From a virus: DNA of 64,000 bases. The notes under the pieces are model-generated. The model was not told the origin of the DNA. It made no database searches and was given only the letters and a program-made list of their open reading frames with translations. Shown piece by piece: positions 48,125 to 58,458 of this stretch. Location of the stretch: IMG/VR virus record IMGVR_UViG_3300028829_002503. One strand, written 5' to 3'. How positions within the stretch are numbered: position 1 is the first letter of the stretch; every line of letters begins with the position of its first letter. The position numbers and the translations under genes were made by a program.

Positions 48125-49132
48125 TTAGTCTACCTTTGGTCTTACTGCTTTTGACAGATTGACCTTTGAAGTAATAGTGGTTCCATCGTCTAAAACTACT
48201 GTTCCACTATTGTTAATAAATTGATTATGCAATGCATGTCCAACTTCCCATGCTCCATCGTCATCGTTAATTCTGAACCACTTGTTATCTCTATATTGAA
48301 ATAACCTTGATGGTGTGTAGTCTGTTCTTAAGAAGTAAGAATCTGCCGCTGGACTATCAGGAAATGTTTTTCCATATGCAACAGTGGCATAGTCTACATC
48401 GTCTGGATGATTACTTTGTGTAGCATACTGTAGATTGTTCGTTCTATAATCCCAGTATTTTCCAGGAACATTATCTTGTGCTTCTTGTACGACAGCATCA
48501 GTAATTTGAAGTTCTTTATTGTATGTTGATAAGATATTCTTCAAGTCATCTGCTTCTTCACCAGTACCAAGAATATCTGAGTATTCTTGTGTATCTTGTA
48601 ATTGTTTACAACGAACACGCCAAATATGTGGCCACCAACCAGCATCAAATCCTTCAGCACTCTTTGTTGCTTCTTGTACAACCCAATATTGATTTACCGC
48701 ATCAGGTTCAGTACCATCATTGCCTTCTAGCATCATGTCTTCACGCATATGAGGAAGTTCGATTACGTCACCAGTCATTAGTTTGCGACCTAGTAGATTA
48801 ACCATTTCATTTAAATGAAGAGTGAATACTTGTTGGTCATTTCCTAAAAACATTCCGAATTGTGATAATTCAAAGTCTTGGTCAGATACAGTGTATACTC
48901 CTCTTAAGTCGAATACATCTTTTTCATATTTTCTATCACGGTTCTCTAAGAATAACAAGTCTTGTATTGCCGGAGAGGCAGGGTCATAATCTGCTGAACC
49001 CTTATCTTGTGAACCGATATACTTATGGACCAATAGGGATGTGCCGCCATGGTCAAAATGTGCTTTGACTGTTTTGTCGATAAATTTGTAATCGTTACCC
49101 TTTTTAGGATTCCAGAGGCTTAATCTTGCCAT
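48125..49132 (-). CDS. gp14: Neck protein
   Basis: LSQFGMFL, LGRKLM.GDVIELPH, YWVVQE; GATAAATAC on the minus strand at 49165-73. Confidence 0.8.
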   Translation of the reverse strand: MARLSLWNPKKGNDYKFIDKTVKAHFDHGGTSLLVHKYIGSQDKGSADYDPASPAIQDLLFLENRDRKYEKDVFDLRGVYTVSDQDFELSQFGMFLGNDQQVFTLHLNEMVNLLGRKLMTGDVIELPHMREDMMLEGNDGTEPDAVNQYWVVQEATKSAEGFDAGWWPHIWRVRCKQLQDTQEYSDILGTGEEADDLKNILSTYNKELQITDAVVQEAQDNVPGKYWDYRTNNLQYATQSNHPDDVDYATVAYGKTFPDSPAADSYFLRTDYTPSRLFQYRDNKWFRINDDDGAWEVGHALHNQFINNSGTVVLDDGTTITSKVNLSKAVRPKVD

Positions 49133-49151
49133 AAGTATTTTTCTCCATAAG

Positions 49152-49180
49152 TTGACTTCTTGTTGTATTTATCATATAAT
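49152..49180 (+). promoter_or_regulatory. sigma70-type promoter whose spacer contains the opposite-strand late promoter
   Basis: TTGACT 49152-57, 17 nt, TATAAT 49175-80; GTATTTATC at 49165-73. Confidence 0.65.
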
Positions 49181-49233
49181 AGAGTGATATAATTTTAAAA
49201 TTTATAAATAACCCTTTAGGAAGGTATATAATA

Positions 49234-49935
49234 ATGAATGAACAAGGTTACTTATCAGTAAAAGAGTTAATTTCTCCTTTTACAGTTAGACAGTTTAAAA
49301 TGTGGGCAATGAACCCAGACAATATACATCGTGGAAACGCTGTAAATGGGGAATACTACGGGAAACATCGTAAAGGTAGAGAATATAACGTCTGGTGGAC
49401 TAGAGTCCCACCAAGAGAGATGTGGCAGCCCATTGTAGATAACTTAAGTAGATACTTTGATACTTTCTTTCAAGGAAAAGAATGGGACATTCACGTAGTA
49501 GATTGTATTACGACTCGACCAGCAAGTTCAAAGATTAGGGCACATATTGATACGCCTTATAGATTTGAAGAATATGCTCGTATATCAAATGATGAAACGT
49601 TTGGTGTACAATGTATAATACCATTAGATAATTTCACACTTGAGAATGGAGCAACGTGTGTTCTTCCAGGTTCACACCATGAAATGTATTATTATAAAGA
49701 TATTGAAGAGAATCAGAGTGACTATGATGAGATGTTAGTCAGAGATGGATTTCAATTTGTTTCAAATCCTGGCGATGCATTGATGTATAATGCAAGAACT
49801 TTACACAGTACGATGCCAAATAAGAGTGAAGATTTTAGAAGTGCGTTACTGATAAATGCACTTGATATCAACATCTTAAGAAGAATTAGAGAACTCGACC
49901 AGAACACTAAAACAGCCCGAAAAATAAAAAAATGA
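49234..49935 (+). CDS. Phytanoyl-CoA dioxygenase family 2OG-Fe(II) oxygenase
   Basis: HIDTPY (HxD), IPLDNFT.ENGAT.VLPGSH, TLHS, RSA. Confidence 0.9.
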   Translation: MNEQGYLSVKELISPFTVRQFKMWAMNPDNIHRGNAVNGEYYGKHRKGREYNVWWTRVPPREMWQPIVDNLSRYFDTFFQGKEWDIHVVDCITTRPASSKIRAHIDTPYRFEEYARISNDETFGVQCIIPLDNFTLENGATCVLPGSHHEMYYYKDIEENQSDYDEMLVRDGFQFVSNPGDALMYNARTLHSTMPNKSEDFRSALLINALDINILRRIRELDQNTKTARKIKK

Positions 49936-49943
49936 CGGAAAAC

Positions 49944-49972
49944 TTGACAAAATGACCAATCTCACTTATAAT
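49944..49972 (+). promoter_or_regulatory. Consensus sigma70 promoter
   Basis: TTGACA 49944-49, 17 nt, TATAAT 49967-72. Confidence 0.85.
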
Positions 49973-50008
49973 AACTCTTATTGATGATATATAAAGGATG
50001 AGAGAACA

Positions 50009-51292
50009 GTGACAATGAAGACAATGATAAGAAAAAAGAAAAAAACAAAATCATCTGGATATTCTGACGAATCCTTTATCGGTTTAGAGCCTGATTGGAA
50101 AGGCTCAGAAAAGTGGAATGCTGAACAATATTATAGAGAACGTGCTAGAACACCATATTGGTATAGTTACTACTACAAATCTAAAGATTATATTCCTTGG
50201 GTTGTTGATTGGATGAAAGCCAATGATTACACTAAAGAAGATATTAAGTCATATAAGGCAGCCGAAGACTGGAGAACTAAGAGTACTCTTGCTGGATATG
50301 TTAGAGCATTGACTAAGGGTATGCCTGAAAACCACGACGGTCTTACAGAATACTTCAAAACACTTCCTGGAATTACAGCGACACATATGTCTGATGCTTC
50401 TGTATCAGTTAGAAAAGAATTAGAGATTATCATAGAAGCAGGAAGTAAAATTAAGGCGGAGAAAAAAGAAGAACAAGAAATTGTTTCTACTAAGTATAAG
50501 CCATCTATACAGCAACTTCTGTTCAATAAATCTTTAGAAATGTCAGATGAAATTGAGGACTTTATTGAACAGTTTGATGGTTCAGCGTCAATGTTGACAA
50601 AATTTGACCCACAGAGAATGCTATTGATTGTTGGTGCTAAACCAAATCACGCTAAGATAATTGCATCTATATACAAGCCTCAGTTTGATGATTTCTCAGA
50701 ACTTGTAAATCCTCCTAGTACTAAAAAAATGAATGAAACTGAGAAAGATTTGCACGAACAACTTAAAGAGGGATATTCTCATCTATCTAAAGATGCCATA
50801 AAGAATCAGTTTAAGATGTACAAGACTATTATGGATGCTTGTGATAACATCGTATTAAAAGGTAAAGTGACAAGAAAGCCTCGCAAGAAGAAGATAATAA
50901 GTGCTGAAAAACAAGTGAAGAACTTCAAGTATCTTGACCACCATTCAGAAACAAAATCAATTAGTGTCAATCCAGCAGACTTGGTAGGGGCAAATATTGC
51001 CATAGTATATAATTCTAAGACAAGAAAACTAGGAGTATATCACGCATCAAATGTTGACCCGATGGGACTAAAGAGAGAGGGCTCAGGATTGAGTGTCAAA
51101 GGCACTACTATTCAAGGATTTGATGAAGAAAAAAGTGTATGTAAGACACTTAGAAAGCCAATAGAACAATTAGCAACGTTTAAGAAGGTAGCAAAACGCT
51201 CATTAAACAAAGAATTTGATGCTATCAATAGTGTTGAAGTTAAAATGAATGGTAGATTTAATGCCCATAGCCTGATTATCAAAGTTTTTTGA
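50009..51292 (+). CDS. Conserved T4-like phage hypothetical protein (early)
   Basis: 427 aa, Lys-rich; C-terminal YNSKTRKLGVY..L.VKGTTI.GFD..KTLRKP. Confidence 0.7.
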   Translation: MTMKTMIRKKKKTKSSGYSDESFIGLEPDWKGSEKWNAEQYYRERARTPYWYSYYYKSKDYIPWVVDWMKANDYTKEDIKSYKAAEDWRTKSTLAGYVRALTKGMPENHDGLTEYFKTLPGITATHMSDASVSVRKELEIIIEAGSKIKAEKKEEQEIVSTKYKPSIQQLLFNKSLEMSDEIEDFIEQFDGSASMLTKFDPQRMLLIVGAKPNHAKIIASIYKPQFDDFSELVNPPSTKKMNETEKDLHEQLKEGYSHLSKDAIKNQFKMYKTIMDACDNIVLKGKVTRKPRKKKIISAEKQVKNFKYLDHHSETKSISVNPADLVGANIAIVYNSKTRKLGVYHASNVDPMGLKREGSGLSVKGTTIQGFDEEKSVCKTLRKPIEQLATFKKVAKRSLNKEFDAINSVEVKMNGRFNAHSLIIKVF

Positions 51293-51339
51293 TAAATACT
51301 GTTATAAGTGTTTCACTATAACATACTTGAGGGTCAAAA

Positions 51340-52092
51340 ATGGCAAAACAACGCAATAAAATAAAAAACGATGTAATTAAACAAATCAGACTATTGCTTG
51401 GCGACGGAATGGTCGACATTGAATTGGACCCAGAACACTATGACCTTGCAATTGATATTGCTTTAGATAAGATTAGACAACGTTCAGAGAATGCAGTAGA
51501 AGAAGACTTTTATACAATTCAACTTAAAAAAGACCAAGACGAATATACACTACCTGCAGAGATAACAGAAGTAAAGAAAGTACATCATCGTTCTTTCGGT
51601 CATGGTATATCTGCTGGTGTTGATATGGATCCATTTGAATTAGCATACGCAAATTCGTATTTCTTTATGAACAACCACGTTGGTGGTATATCAACTTATG
51701 AATTATTTGCTCAGTACCGTGAAACTCTGAATAGAGTTGCGGCAACCGATATTCAATTTATCTGGAATCCAAATACTCATAAGATTAAACTTTTAAGAAA
51801 AATGAGAGCAGATGAAATAGTTCTTCTTCACGTTTACTTAGAAAGACCGGACGACCAATTACTAGTAGACCCTTACTTAAAATCTTGGATGAGAGATTAC
51901 TCATTAGCATATTGTAAGAAAATGATTGGTGAAGCCCGTTCTAAATTCGCTACACTTCCCGGCGCACAGGGCGGAGTTGCATTAAACGGTGATACATTAA
52001 AAGCAGATGCCGCGGTAGATATAGAAAAGTTAGAAACTGAATTGAAGTTATATATTGACGGGTCAGCACCGCTAGGTGTTATGATTGGCTAA
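51340..52092 (+). CDS. gp13: Neck protein
   Basis: LLLGDGMVDIEL..H...ID.AL, KKMIGEARSKF..LPG.QGG..LNG; GATAAATAC at 51291. Confidence 0.88.
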   Translation: MAKQRNKIKNDVIKQIRLLLGDGMVDIELDPEHYDLAIDIALDKIRQRSENAVEEDFYTIQLKKDQDEYTLPAEITEVKKVHHRSFGHGISAGVDMDPFELAYANSYFFMNNHVGGISTYELFAQYRETLNRVAATDIQFIWNPNTHKIKLLRKMRADEIVLLHVYLERPDDQLLVDPYLKSWMRDYSLAYCKKMIGEARSKFATLPGAQGGVALNGDTLKADAAVDIEKLETELKLYIDGSAPLGVMIG

Positions 52093-52094
52093 GA

Positions 52095-52283
52095 GTGGCT
52101 TTTCATCCACTCAACACTAAAAGTCCTTGTGTAAGTGTATGCAAGTATAACGAGAAAAACTTCTGTATCGGATGTAAACGTCATATGAACGAAATATTCG
52201 ATTGGCTTGATTATACTGACGATATGAAAGACGCTATTCTAAAAGATTTAAAAACCCGAGACATAACCTCAGAAAACGGTTGA
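52095..52283 (+). CDS. DUF1289-like Cys-rich small protein
   Basis: SPCVSVC..FCIGCKR...EI.DW. Confidence 0.75.
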   Translation: MAFHPLNTKSPCVSVCKYNEKNFCIGCKRHMNEIFDWLDYTDDMKDAILKDLKTRDITSENG

Positions 52284-52309
52284 CAACCAGACATTTTTTG
52301 TGATATAAT
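52280..52309 (+). promoter_or_regulatory. sigma70-type promoter for the dNMP kinase gene
   Basis: TTGACA 52280-85, 18-nt spacer ending TG-A, TATAAT 52304-09. Confidence 0.7.
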
Positions 52310-52322
52310 AAAGTATTACAAA

Positions 52323-52964
52323 ATGACAATGAGACACAATCAAATGATAATCGGTATTACAGGACTAATCAGTTCAGGTAAAGGCACAGTCGCCGACATT
52401 CTAGTCGAAGAACACAATTACATTAAACTAAGTTTCGCAGATAAACTCAAAGATGGAGTCGCAACTGTATTCGGTTGGGACCGTGCTATGCTAGAAGGCG
52501 ATACAGTAGAAAGCAGAGAATGGCGTGAAACTGTTGACGAGTTTTGGACTAATGAAACAGGTAGAGAAATAACACCTAGACTTGTACTACAAGAGTTTGG
52601 TACAGACTGTATGCGTAATGGATTCTATAATGGCATTTGGGTTAGTCTAGTTAAACAAGAGATTATCAATAATCCTCAAAACAACTACATAGTTCCTGAT
52701 GTAAGATTCGCAAATGAGATAGAAATTATAAAATCTCTAAACGGTGAAGTTTGGAATGTCAGAAGAGGCGAACTACCAGAATGGTGGGGAGTTGCGATAT
52801 TAGATAATACTACAAACTCATCACTTATGGCAAAGAATTATCCAAAGGTACATCAAAGTGAGTGGAGATGGATTGACACAAATGATAAGTTCGATTTCAT
52901 ACTTTACAATGACGACACAATAGAGACATTATATAGTAAAGTTTCAGATGAGTTGTCTACGTAG
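52323..52964 (+). CDS. gp1: Deoxynucleoside monophosphate kinase
   Basis: GITGLISSGKGT, SFADKLKD, TPRLVLQEFGTD, VPDVRFANE. Confidence 0.9.
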   Translation: MTMRHNQMIIGITGLISSGKGTVADILVEEHNYIKLSFADKLKDGVATVFGWDRAMLEGDTVESREWRETVDEFWTNETGREITPRLVLQEFGTDCMRNGFYNGIWVSLVKQEIINNPQNNYIVPDVRFANEIEIIKSLNGEVWNVRRGELPEWWGVAILDNTTNSSLMAKNYPKVHQSEWRWIDTNDKFDFILYNDDTIETLYSKVSDELST

Positions 52965-53061
52965 TTAACCCTAAAAACAGTGTTTTTCCGTGTTTTTGAC
53001 TAAATACAAGTAACGAAATACATTTACGTTTAGTAATTTAATCAACCAAGGAGAAAATACT

Positions 53062-55749
53062 ATGGCTACATTAGTATCACCGGGTGTATCAGTAACAGTT
53101 AGTGACGAGTCGCAATATGCGGCAGCCACTCAAGGTACCCTACCATTATTAGTTATTGCGACAGCAAGTAACAAAGCAGATGCATCAGGAAGTGCAACGG
53201 CGTCTGGAACAATTCCAGCAAATGCCGGTGTTGCCTACTTAGTATCATCACAAAGAGAGTTAGTCGAAACATTCGGCGAACCTAAATTTCATCAAGTTGG
53301 CGGTTCAGTTGTTCACGGCGCTGAAACAAGTGAGTATGGCTTATTAGCGGCATATCAATATCTAGGAGTTTCAAATAACGCATACGTTATTCGTGCAGAT
53401 GTTGACTTATCAGAACTAGAAGCATCTTCAACAGCACCAGCAGGTGTTATCACAAACGGAACACACTGGCATGATACTTCGAAAACAGATTTCGGATTGT
53501 TTAAGTGGTCAGGTACTGCTTGGGCAGCCCAAACAGTTTCAGTTTTAACTGACACACCGGGAACAGGATTAGTAGAAACAGTAAACGCATCAGGTTTTGC
53601 AGACCCAGTTGCAACACACGGTTCTGTTGGTGATTTTGCAGTTGTTACATCTACTGCTAAAGTTACATATTATGAAAAAACAGTTTCAATGGGTTGGGTT
53701 GTATGTGGTGACACAGGCTCAGCAGACTTCCAATTCTCTATGTTTGCTCCAACAACACAATCAGACGGTTCAGCACAAGAAGTCGGTGATATGTATGTTC
53801 GATTAGCGACTGCAGGTGGCGGTTTAGATGTAGATGTTTCATCTTTTAATTCAACATCAGGATTATTTACATCAATTCAAGCACCAATTCACACAAGCGA
53901 TGATGCGGCTCAGACAGCCAATAACGATATGGGTGATATCTATACAAAGTATAACACAGCGGCTGACGGACTTGGTTTCTGGGAACTAAGAAGACATTCA
54001 GGTGCAACTACTACAGTTGTTACTTCAAGTGCAGTTCCTAGTACAACAAGTATTACTGCTGATTTTACAGTTGAGGGTATACAGTTTACTCCTTCAGGTA
54101 TCACTTTAGATGCGTTAATCACATCTCTACAAGCAAGTGTACCATTAAATACAGCAAATGTTAGTATTGAGAAAATCGGAACAGATAAAATTCGTTTCAC
54201 TAAGACAGATGGCAAAGAATTAAATATTGTTTTCTCTTCAGGTAAAGCGGCAGTTGGTTTCGCAGATGATGAGACTATTGAATCGGTTTACGAAGCACTA
54301 TCTTATCAAGCAAGTAATACACAAATCACAGGTACGATTGCAGAAGGTACACTTTGGTTCAACGCAAATCTTAATATTGAGATTATGAAGAACGTTAATA
54401 ATGGCGGTACTATGGAATGGCAGAAGTATGCGTGGTCAGAAGACACAGATGGTCTTGCTCCAAGCGAATGTCAACTAGTTTCAGGTGCTCCAACAAAACG
54501 CAAAGACGGTACATCATCATTAGTAACTGGCGACATTTGGGTAGACGGTGATGCAGTTCCTTATGCAACAGTATATCGTTGGTCAGGTTCAGCGTGGGTT
54601 AAATTAGACAACGCAGACCAATCATCTACAAACGGAATGGTATTCAGTCATTATTCACATGATGCACCTTACGATTCAAACGGTGTAGCAAACAGCAGAA
54701 CAGCACATACAGATACAGCCAATCCAGATTTACATCCAGAAAATATTCTGATGATTAACATGGATTACTCTACTTATAACGTTAAGAAATATACAGGCGG
54801 TAAATGGGCATGGGCTTCAGGTGTTAATACAGATGGTTCAGGCAAGTTTGGTCCAGATGCACAGAGACATATGGTTGTTGAAGCAATGCAATCAGCAATT
54901 TCATCAAATGACGGAATTCGTTCAGAAGCAGTTTACTTTAACTTAATTTCTGCTCCAGGATACTATGAGTTAATGGATGAAATGATTACATTGAACAAAG
55001 ACAAAAAAGAAATCGCATTCGTAATTGGCGATACTCCTATGTCATTGAAATCAGATTCAACATCATTGAAAGCATGGGCATCAGCGAATGTTCCAGCAGA
55101 AACTTACGCGGCAATTTACTATCCACATGGTTTATCAAGTGACTTATCTGGTAACGATGTAGTTATGCCTTCGTCAGCAATCGCTCTTAGAACAATTGCA
55201 TTCTCAGACCAAGTTTCATTCCCATGGTTTGCACCAGCAGGTCTTACACGTGGTGTAGTTTCAAACGCAACACAAGTTGGTTATATCAACTCAGAAGATG
55301 AGTTTGTTAAAGTACAACTTAGCGAAGGTCAACGTGACGTTCTTTATGGACAGCGTATTAACCCAATCGCAGACTTCCCATCAACAGGAATGGCAGTATA
55401 TGGTCAGAAGACTACACAAGCAACTGCTAGTGCCTTAGATAGAGTTAATGTTGCTCGTTTGACAAACTATATGCGTCATAACTTAGACCAATTATCTCGT
55501 GCATTCTTATTCGAGCAAAACGATAAGATTACACGTGACAATATGAGAGATGCAGTAGAACGTTTCTGTGGCAATCTTGTTACTCAAAGAGGTTTATTTG
55601 ATTTCTTAGTAGTATGTGATGAGTCAAATAATACACCAGCAAGAATTGATAGAAATGAATTATGGGTAGATGTCGCAATTCAACCAGCGAAAGCAGTTGA
55701 GTTCATTTACATCCCACTTCGTATCAGAAATACTGGCGAAACATTATAA
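53062..55749 (+). CDS. gp18: Contractile tail sheath protein
   Basis: LVSPGVSV, WFAPAG.TRG, RINPI, YGQKT..SALDRVNVARL, VCDESNNTPARIDRNEL.VD. Confidence 0.96.
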   Translation: MATLVSPGVSVTVSDESQYAAATQGTLPLLVIATASNKADASGSATASGTIPANAGVAYLVSSQRELVETFGEPKFHQVGGSVVHGAETSEYGLLAAYQYLGVSNNAYVIRADVDLSELEASSTAPAGVITNGTHWHDTSKTDFGLFKWSGTAWAAQTVSVLTDTPGTGLVETVNASGFADPVATHGSVGDFAVVTSTAKVTYYEKTVSMGWVVCGDTGSADFQFSMFAPTTQSDGSAQEVGDMYVRLATAGGGLDVDVSSFNSTSGLFTSIQAPIHTSDDAAQTANNDMGDIYTKYNTAADGLGFWELRRHSGATTTVVTSSAVPSTTSITADFTVEGIQFTPSGITLDALITSLQASVPLNTANVSIEKIGTDKIRFTKTDGKELNIVFSSGKAAVGFADDETIESVYEALSYQASNTQITGTIAEGTLWFNANLNIEIMKNVNNGGTMEWQKYAWSEDTDGLAPSECQLVSGAPTKRKDGTSSLVTGDIWVDGDAVPYATVYRWSGSAWVKLDNADQSSTNGMVFSHYSHDAPYDSNGVANSRTAHTDTANPDLHPENILMINMDYSTYNVKKYTGGKWAWASGVNTDGSGKFGPDAQRHMVVEAMQSAISSNDGIRSEAVYFNLISAPGYYELMDEMITLNKDKKEIAFVIGDTPMSLKSDSTSLKAWASANVPAETYAAIYYPHGLSSDLSGNDVVMPSSAIALRTIAFSDQVSFPWFAPAGLTRGVVSNATQVGYINSEDEFVKVQLSEGQRDVLYGQRINPIADFPSTGMAVYGQKTTQATASALDRVNVARLTNYMRHNLDQLSRAFLFEQNDKITRDNMRDAVERFCGNLVTQRGLFDFLVVCDESNNTPARIDRNELWVDVAIQPAKAVEFIYIPLRIRNTGETL

Positions 55750-55771
55750 TATAAACTAGAGAGTTTAGTTT

Positions 55772-55800
55772 AAAACCCCTCCATCAGTGAGGGGTTTTTT
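55772..55800 (+). terminator. Intrinsic terminator
   Basis: AAAACCCCTC-CATCAGT-GAGGGGTTTTTT. Confidence 0.85.
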
Positions 55801-55834
55801 ATGGGCGCCATTAACGTAACTGATAAATACAGTT

Positions 55835-58306
55835 ATGCGTATTAATGAAGTCATATTACACGAAGAATTGCTAGACGTAAAGTCTGTAATAACTTCGCCT
55901 ATTAAAAAACTAGATAAAGTTTTTAAGAGTAACAACTATGAATTAAGAATAGTTGGTGGCGCAGTACGTGACCTTGCATTAGATAAAACACCAAAAGATA
56001 TTGATTTGGCAACTGATGCAACACCAGATGAAATGATGGAGATACTTGATAAAGCAGATATCAGACATATACCTTCTGGTTTAGAACACGGTACTATTAC
56101 TGCAATACTAGACAACGAACCATACGAAATCACAACACTAAGAGCAGACAAAGAAACAGATGGCAGACACGCAGAAGTCGAGTTTGTTAAGAGTTGGGAA
56201 GAAGATGCTCAACGCAGAGACTTAACATACAATGCTATGAGCATGGATATGGAAGGCAATGTATTTGATTACTTCGGTGGTATGGATGACTTACAAGATA
56301 AAGTCAGTAAGTTTGTTGGTGACCCAGAAGAAAGAATCACAGAAGATTATTTAAGAATATTAAGATACTTTCGTTTTCAAGGCAGACTATCAACACCTAC
56401 TTGGGACAAAGATACACTAAAAGCAATCAGTTCAAATGTAAAAGGTTTACAAAAGATAAGTGCTGAAAGAATATGGCAAGAAATGGGCAAAGTTCTTTCA
56501 GGTAATAATGTTGCAAATATATTAGATTATATGGCTAAGACTGGTGTTAGTAAAGTTATAGGATTATCAACTAATGACTTGAACAAGGTAAAAGATAATG
56601 GTAATTCTATTGTTGCATTAGCACAGACAGGCAACACAATAGATATAGCAAAGCGTTGGAAATTAAGCAAAGTTCAAGCAACTATGTTAGACTTTCTAGT
56701 TAAGAATAAGAATAACACACTTGACCAAAAGAAAGTAGAAGATATGATTGCTGATGGAGTTGATAAGACTTTAATTACAGCACTAGCAACACTACAAGGC
56801 AAAGAAGTAAACATAGACGCAGAAGTTCCAAACTTTCCGGTAACAGGTGCTGACTTGATTGCCAAAGGCATGAAACCAGGACCAGAAATTGGTGCTAAAC
56901 TTGGACAATTAAAACAGAAGTGGAAAGATAGTAACTTTAAATCAACTAAAGATGAGTTGTTAAAAGAAAATGCAGATTTATCTACAGAAAGAGGTAGACT
57001 AGAATATTATCTAAACAAGCCTGTTCCAGAAGGAATGTTACTTCGTTTATACAAATTAGGAAAATTTCATCAAGGTGCAGACCCATTAGCAGAACTAGTA
57101 CCAGAAAGAAATGGTATGTATGCTTTACATCCTGATAAATGGGAAAGCACATTCTATAGTTTAACAAATAAAGACTTCAAAAAAATAGGATATTATAAGC
57201 CAATATTAATAAAAGCACCAGCAGATATGATTGTTGCTGATATGGCTATTGCAAATCAATTTTATAGAACAGATAATCCCAATGAACGTCATAGACTTGC
57301 AAGAGAATACAAAGACAGTATGGGCAAAGATATTTCTAGTATGAAAATGCCAGAGGTTCTTATGCCTAGTGCAGTAGTAGAAAAAATTACTAAACGTACT
57401 CCGATGGGTGATGTTATTGATGACTTCTATAAAAGCGATGCGCCACAATTCAAAGGCAAGAGCAAAGCAAAAAGAAGAGAAATGGCTATAGCGGCCAAGT
57501 TATCTAAGATGAATGAAGCAGTACATCAGTTTATGACAGGACATGGCGTAACTTTTGCTGGCAAGAAATATGATGAGATAGAGATTGAAGTAACTGGCAC
57601 TGATAATGTGAATAAACAGTATCACGTTACGATACTTGCACCAAAAGAACTATTTGGCAAACAAACTAAAATATCTTCTAGGTATATGAACAGAGGACCG
57701 TGGACTAAGACAAAAGTAGATAACGTCTTTGAAGGACCAGAAAGTAAACCTATTGTTTATGTTGATATGGATGGTGTATTAGCAGACTTCTTTTCAGAAT
57801 GGGCTAAAATGGCAGGAGTTAAAACAGGCAATTACAAAGATATTCCACCAGCAAATGTTGACCCAACACTTGACAAAATGATTGGTACAGATTTCTTTGC
57901 TCAGTTACCAAAATTCCCTACAGCAGACAAACTAATTCAAATGATTATTAATCATTATGGCTCATATAAGATATTAAGTTCGCCGCTCAGAAATGACCAC
58001 GAGAATAGTAAGAAACATAAAATAGATTGGATTGGTAGAAAATTAAAAATTAAACCAGAAGAGACTATCATATCTAGTAACAAAGGTGCATATGCTACTC
58101 AGCCAGATGGTACACCAAATATATTAATTGATGATTTAGGTAGAAATATACAGAACTGGATGAATAATGGAGGACTTGGAATTAAATATCAAGCAGATGA
58201 AGACCCATTATCAAAGGTACAAAGATGGTTATCTCAGTTTAAAAAGGGAGCAGAAACACAAGAGATTGTTGCTGAACGAGAAGAACGCATATTTGGAGAT
58301 GAATAA
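55835..58306 (+). CDS. cca: Multidomain protein: class II CCA-adding tRNA nucleotidyltransferase, three small modules, HAD 5'(3')-deoxyribonucleotidase
   Basis: VGGAVRD, KDIDLAT, EDAQRRDLTYNAM, EDYLRILRYFRF, SAERIWQE; C-terminal YVDMDGVLADF..LIDD. Confidence 0.88.
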   Translation: MRINEVILHEELLDVKSVITSPIKKLDKVFKSNNYELRIVGGAVRDLALDKTPKDIDLATDATPDEMMEILDKADIRHIPSGLEHGTITAILDNEPYEITTLRADKETDGRHAEVEFVKSWEEDAQRRDLTYNAMSMDMEGNVFDYFGGMDDLQDKVSKFVGDPEERITEDYLRILRYFRFQGRLSTPTWDKDTLKAISSNVKGLQKISAERIWQEMGKVLSGNNVANILDYMAKTGVSKVIGLSTNDLNKVKDNGNSIVALAQTGNTIDIAKRWKLSKVQATMLDFLVKNKNNTLDQKKVEDMIADGVDKTLITALATLQGKEVNIDAEVPNFPVTGADLIAKGMKPGPEIGAKLGQLKQKWKDSNFKSTKDELLKENADLSTERGRLEYYLNKPVPEGMLLRLYKLGKFHQGADPLAELVPERNGMYALHPDKWESTFYSLTNKDFKKIGYYKPILIKAPADMIVADMAIANQFYRTDNPNERHRLAREYKDSMGKDISSMKMPEVLMPSAVVEKITKRTPMGDVIDDFYKSDAPQFKGKSKAKRREMAIAAKLSKMNEAVHQFMTGHGVTFAGKKYDEIEIEVTGTDNVNKQYHVTILAPKELFGKQTKISSRYMNRGPWTKTKVDNVFEGPESKPIVYVDMDGVLADFFSEWAKMAGVKTGNYKDIPPANVDPTLDKMIGTDFFAQLPKFPTADKLIQMIINHYGSYKILSSPLRNDHENSKKHKIDWIGRKLKIKPEETIISSNKGAYATQPDGTPNILIDDLGRNIQNWMNNGGLGIKYQADEDPLSKVQRWLSQFKKGAETQEIVAEREERIFGDE

Positions 58307-58458
58307 TGAAACTAACTGAAAAACAATTTAAGCATTATATTGAAAAATACAAAGAACACGAAGAAAACAAAACTAGTACAAATGAAAGAAACAGATACTG
58401 GAAAAAATACTTTTCTCCTAGTAGAACAGAGACTAGTTTTAATATGAATAAATTTTAA
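58306..58458 (+). CDS. Small hypothetical protein (50 aa)
   Basis: TAATG coupling at both ends; MKLTEKQFKHYIEKYKEHEE.. Confidence 0.55.
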   Translation: MKLTEKQFKHYIEKYKEHEENKTSTNERNRYWKKYFSPSRTETSFNMNKF

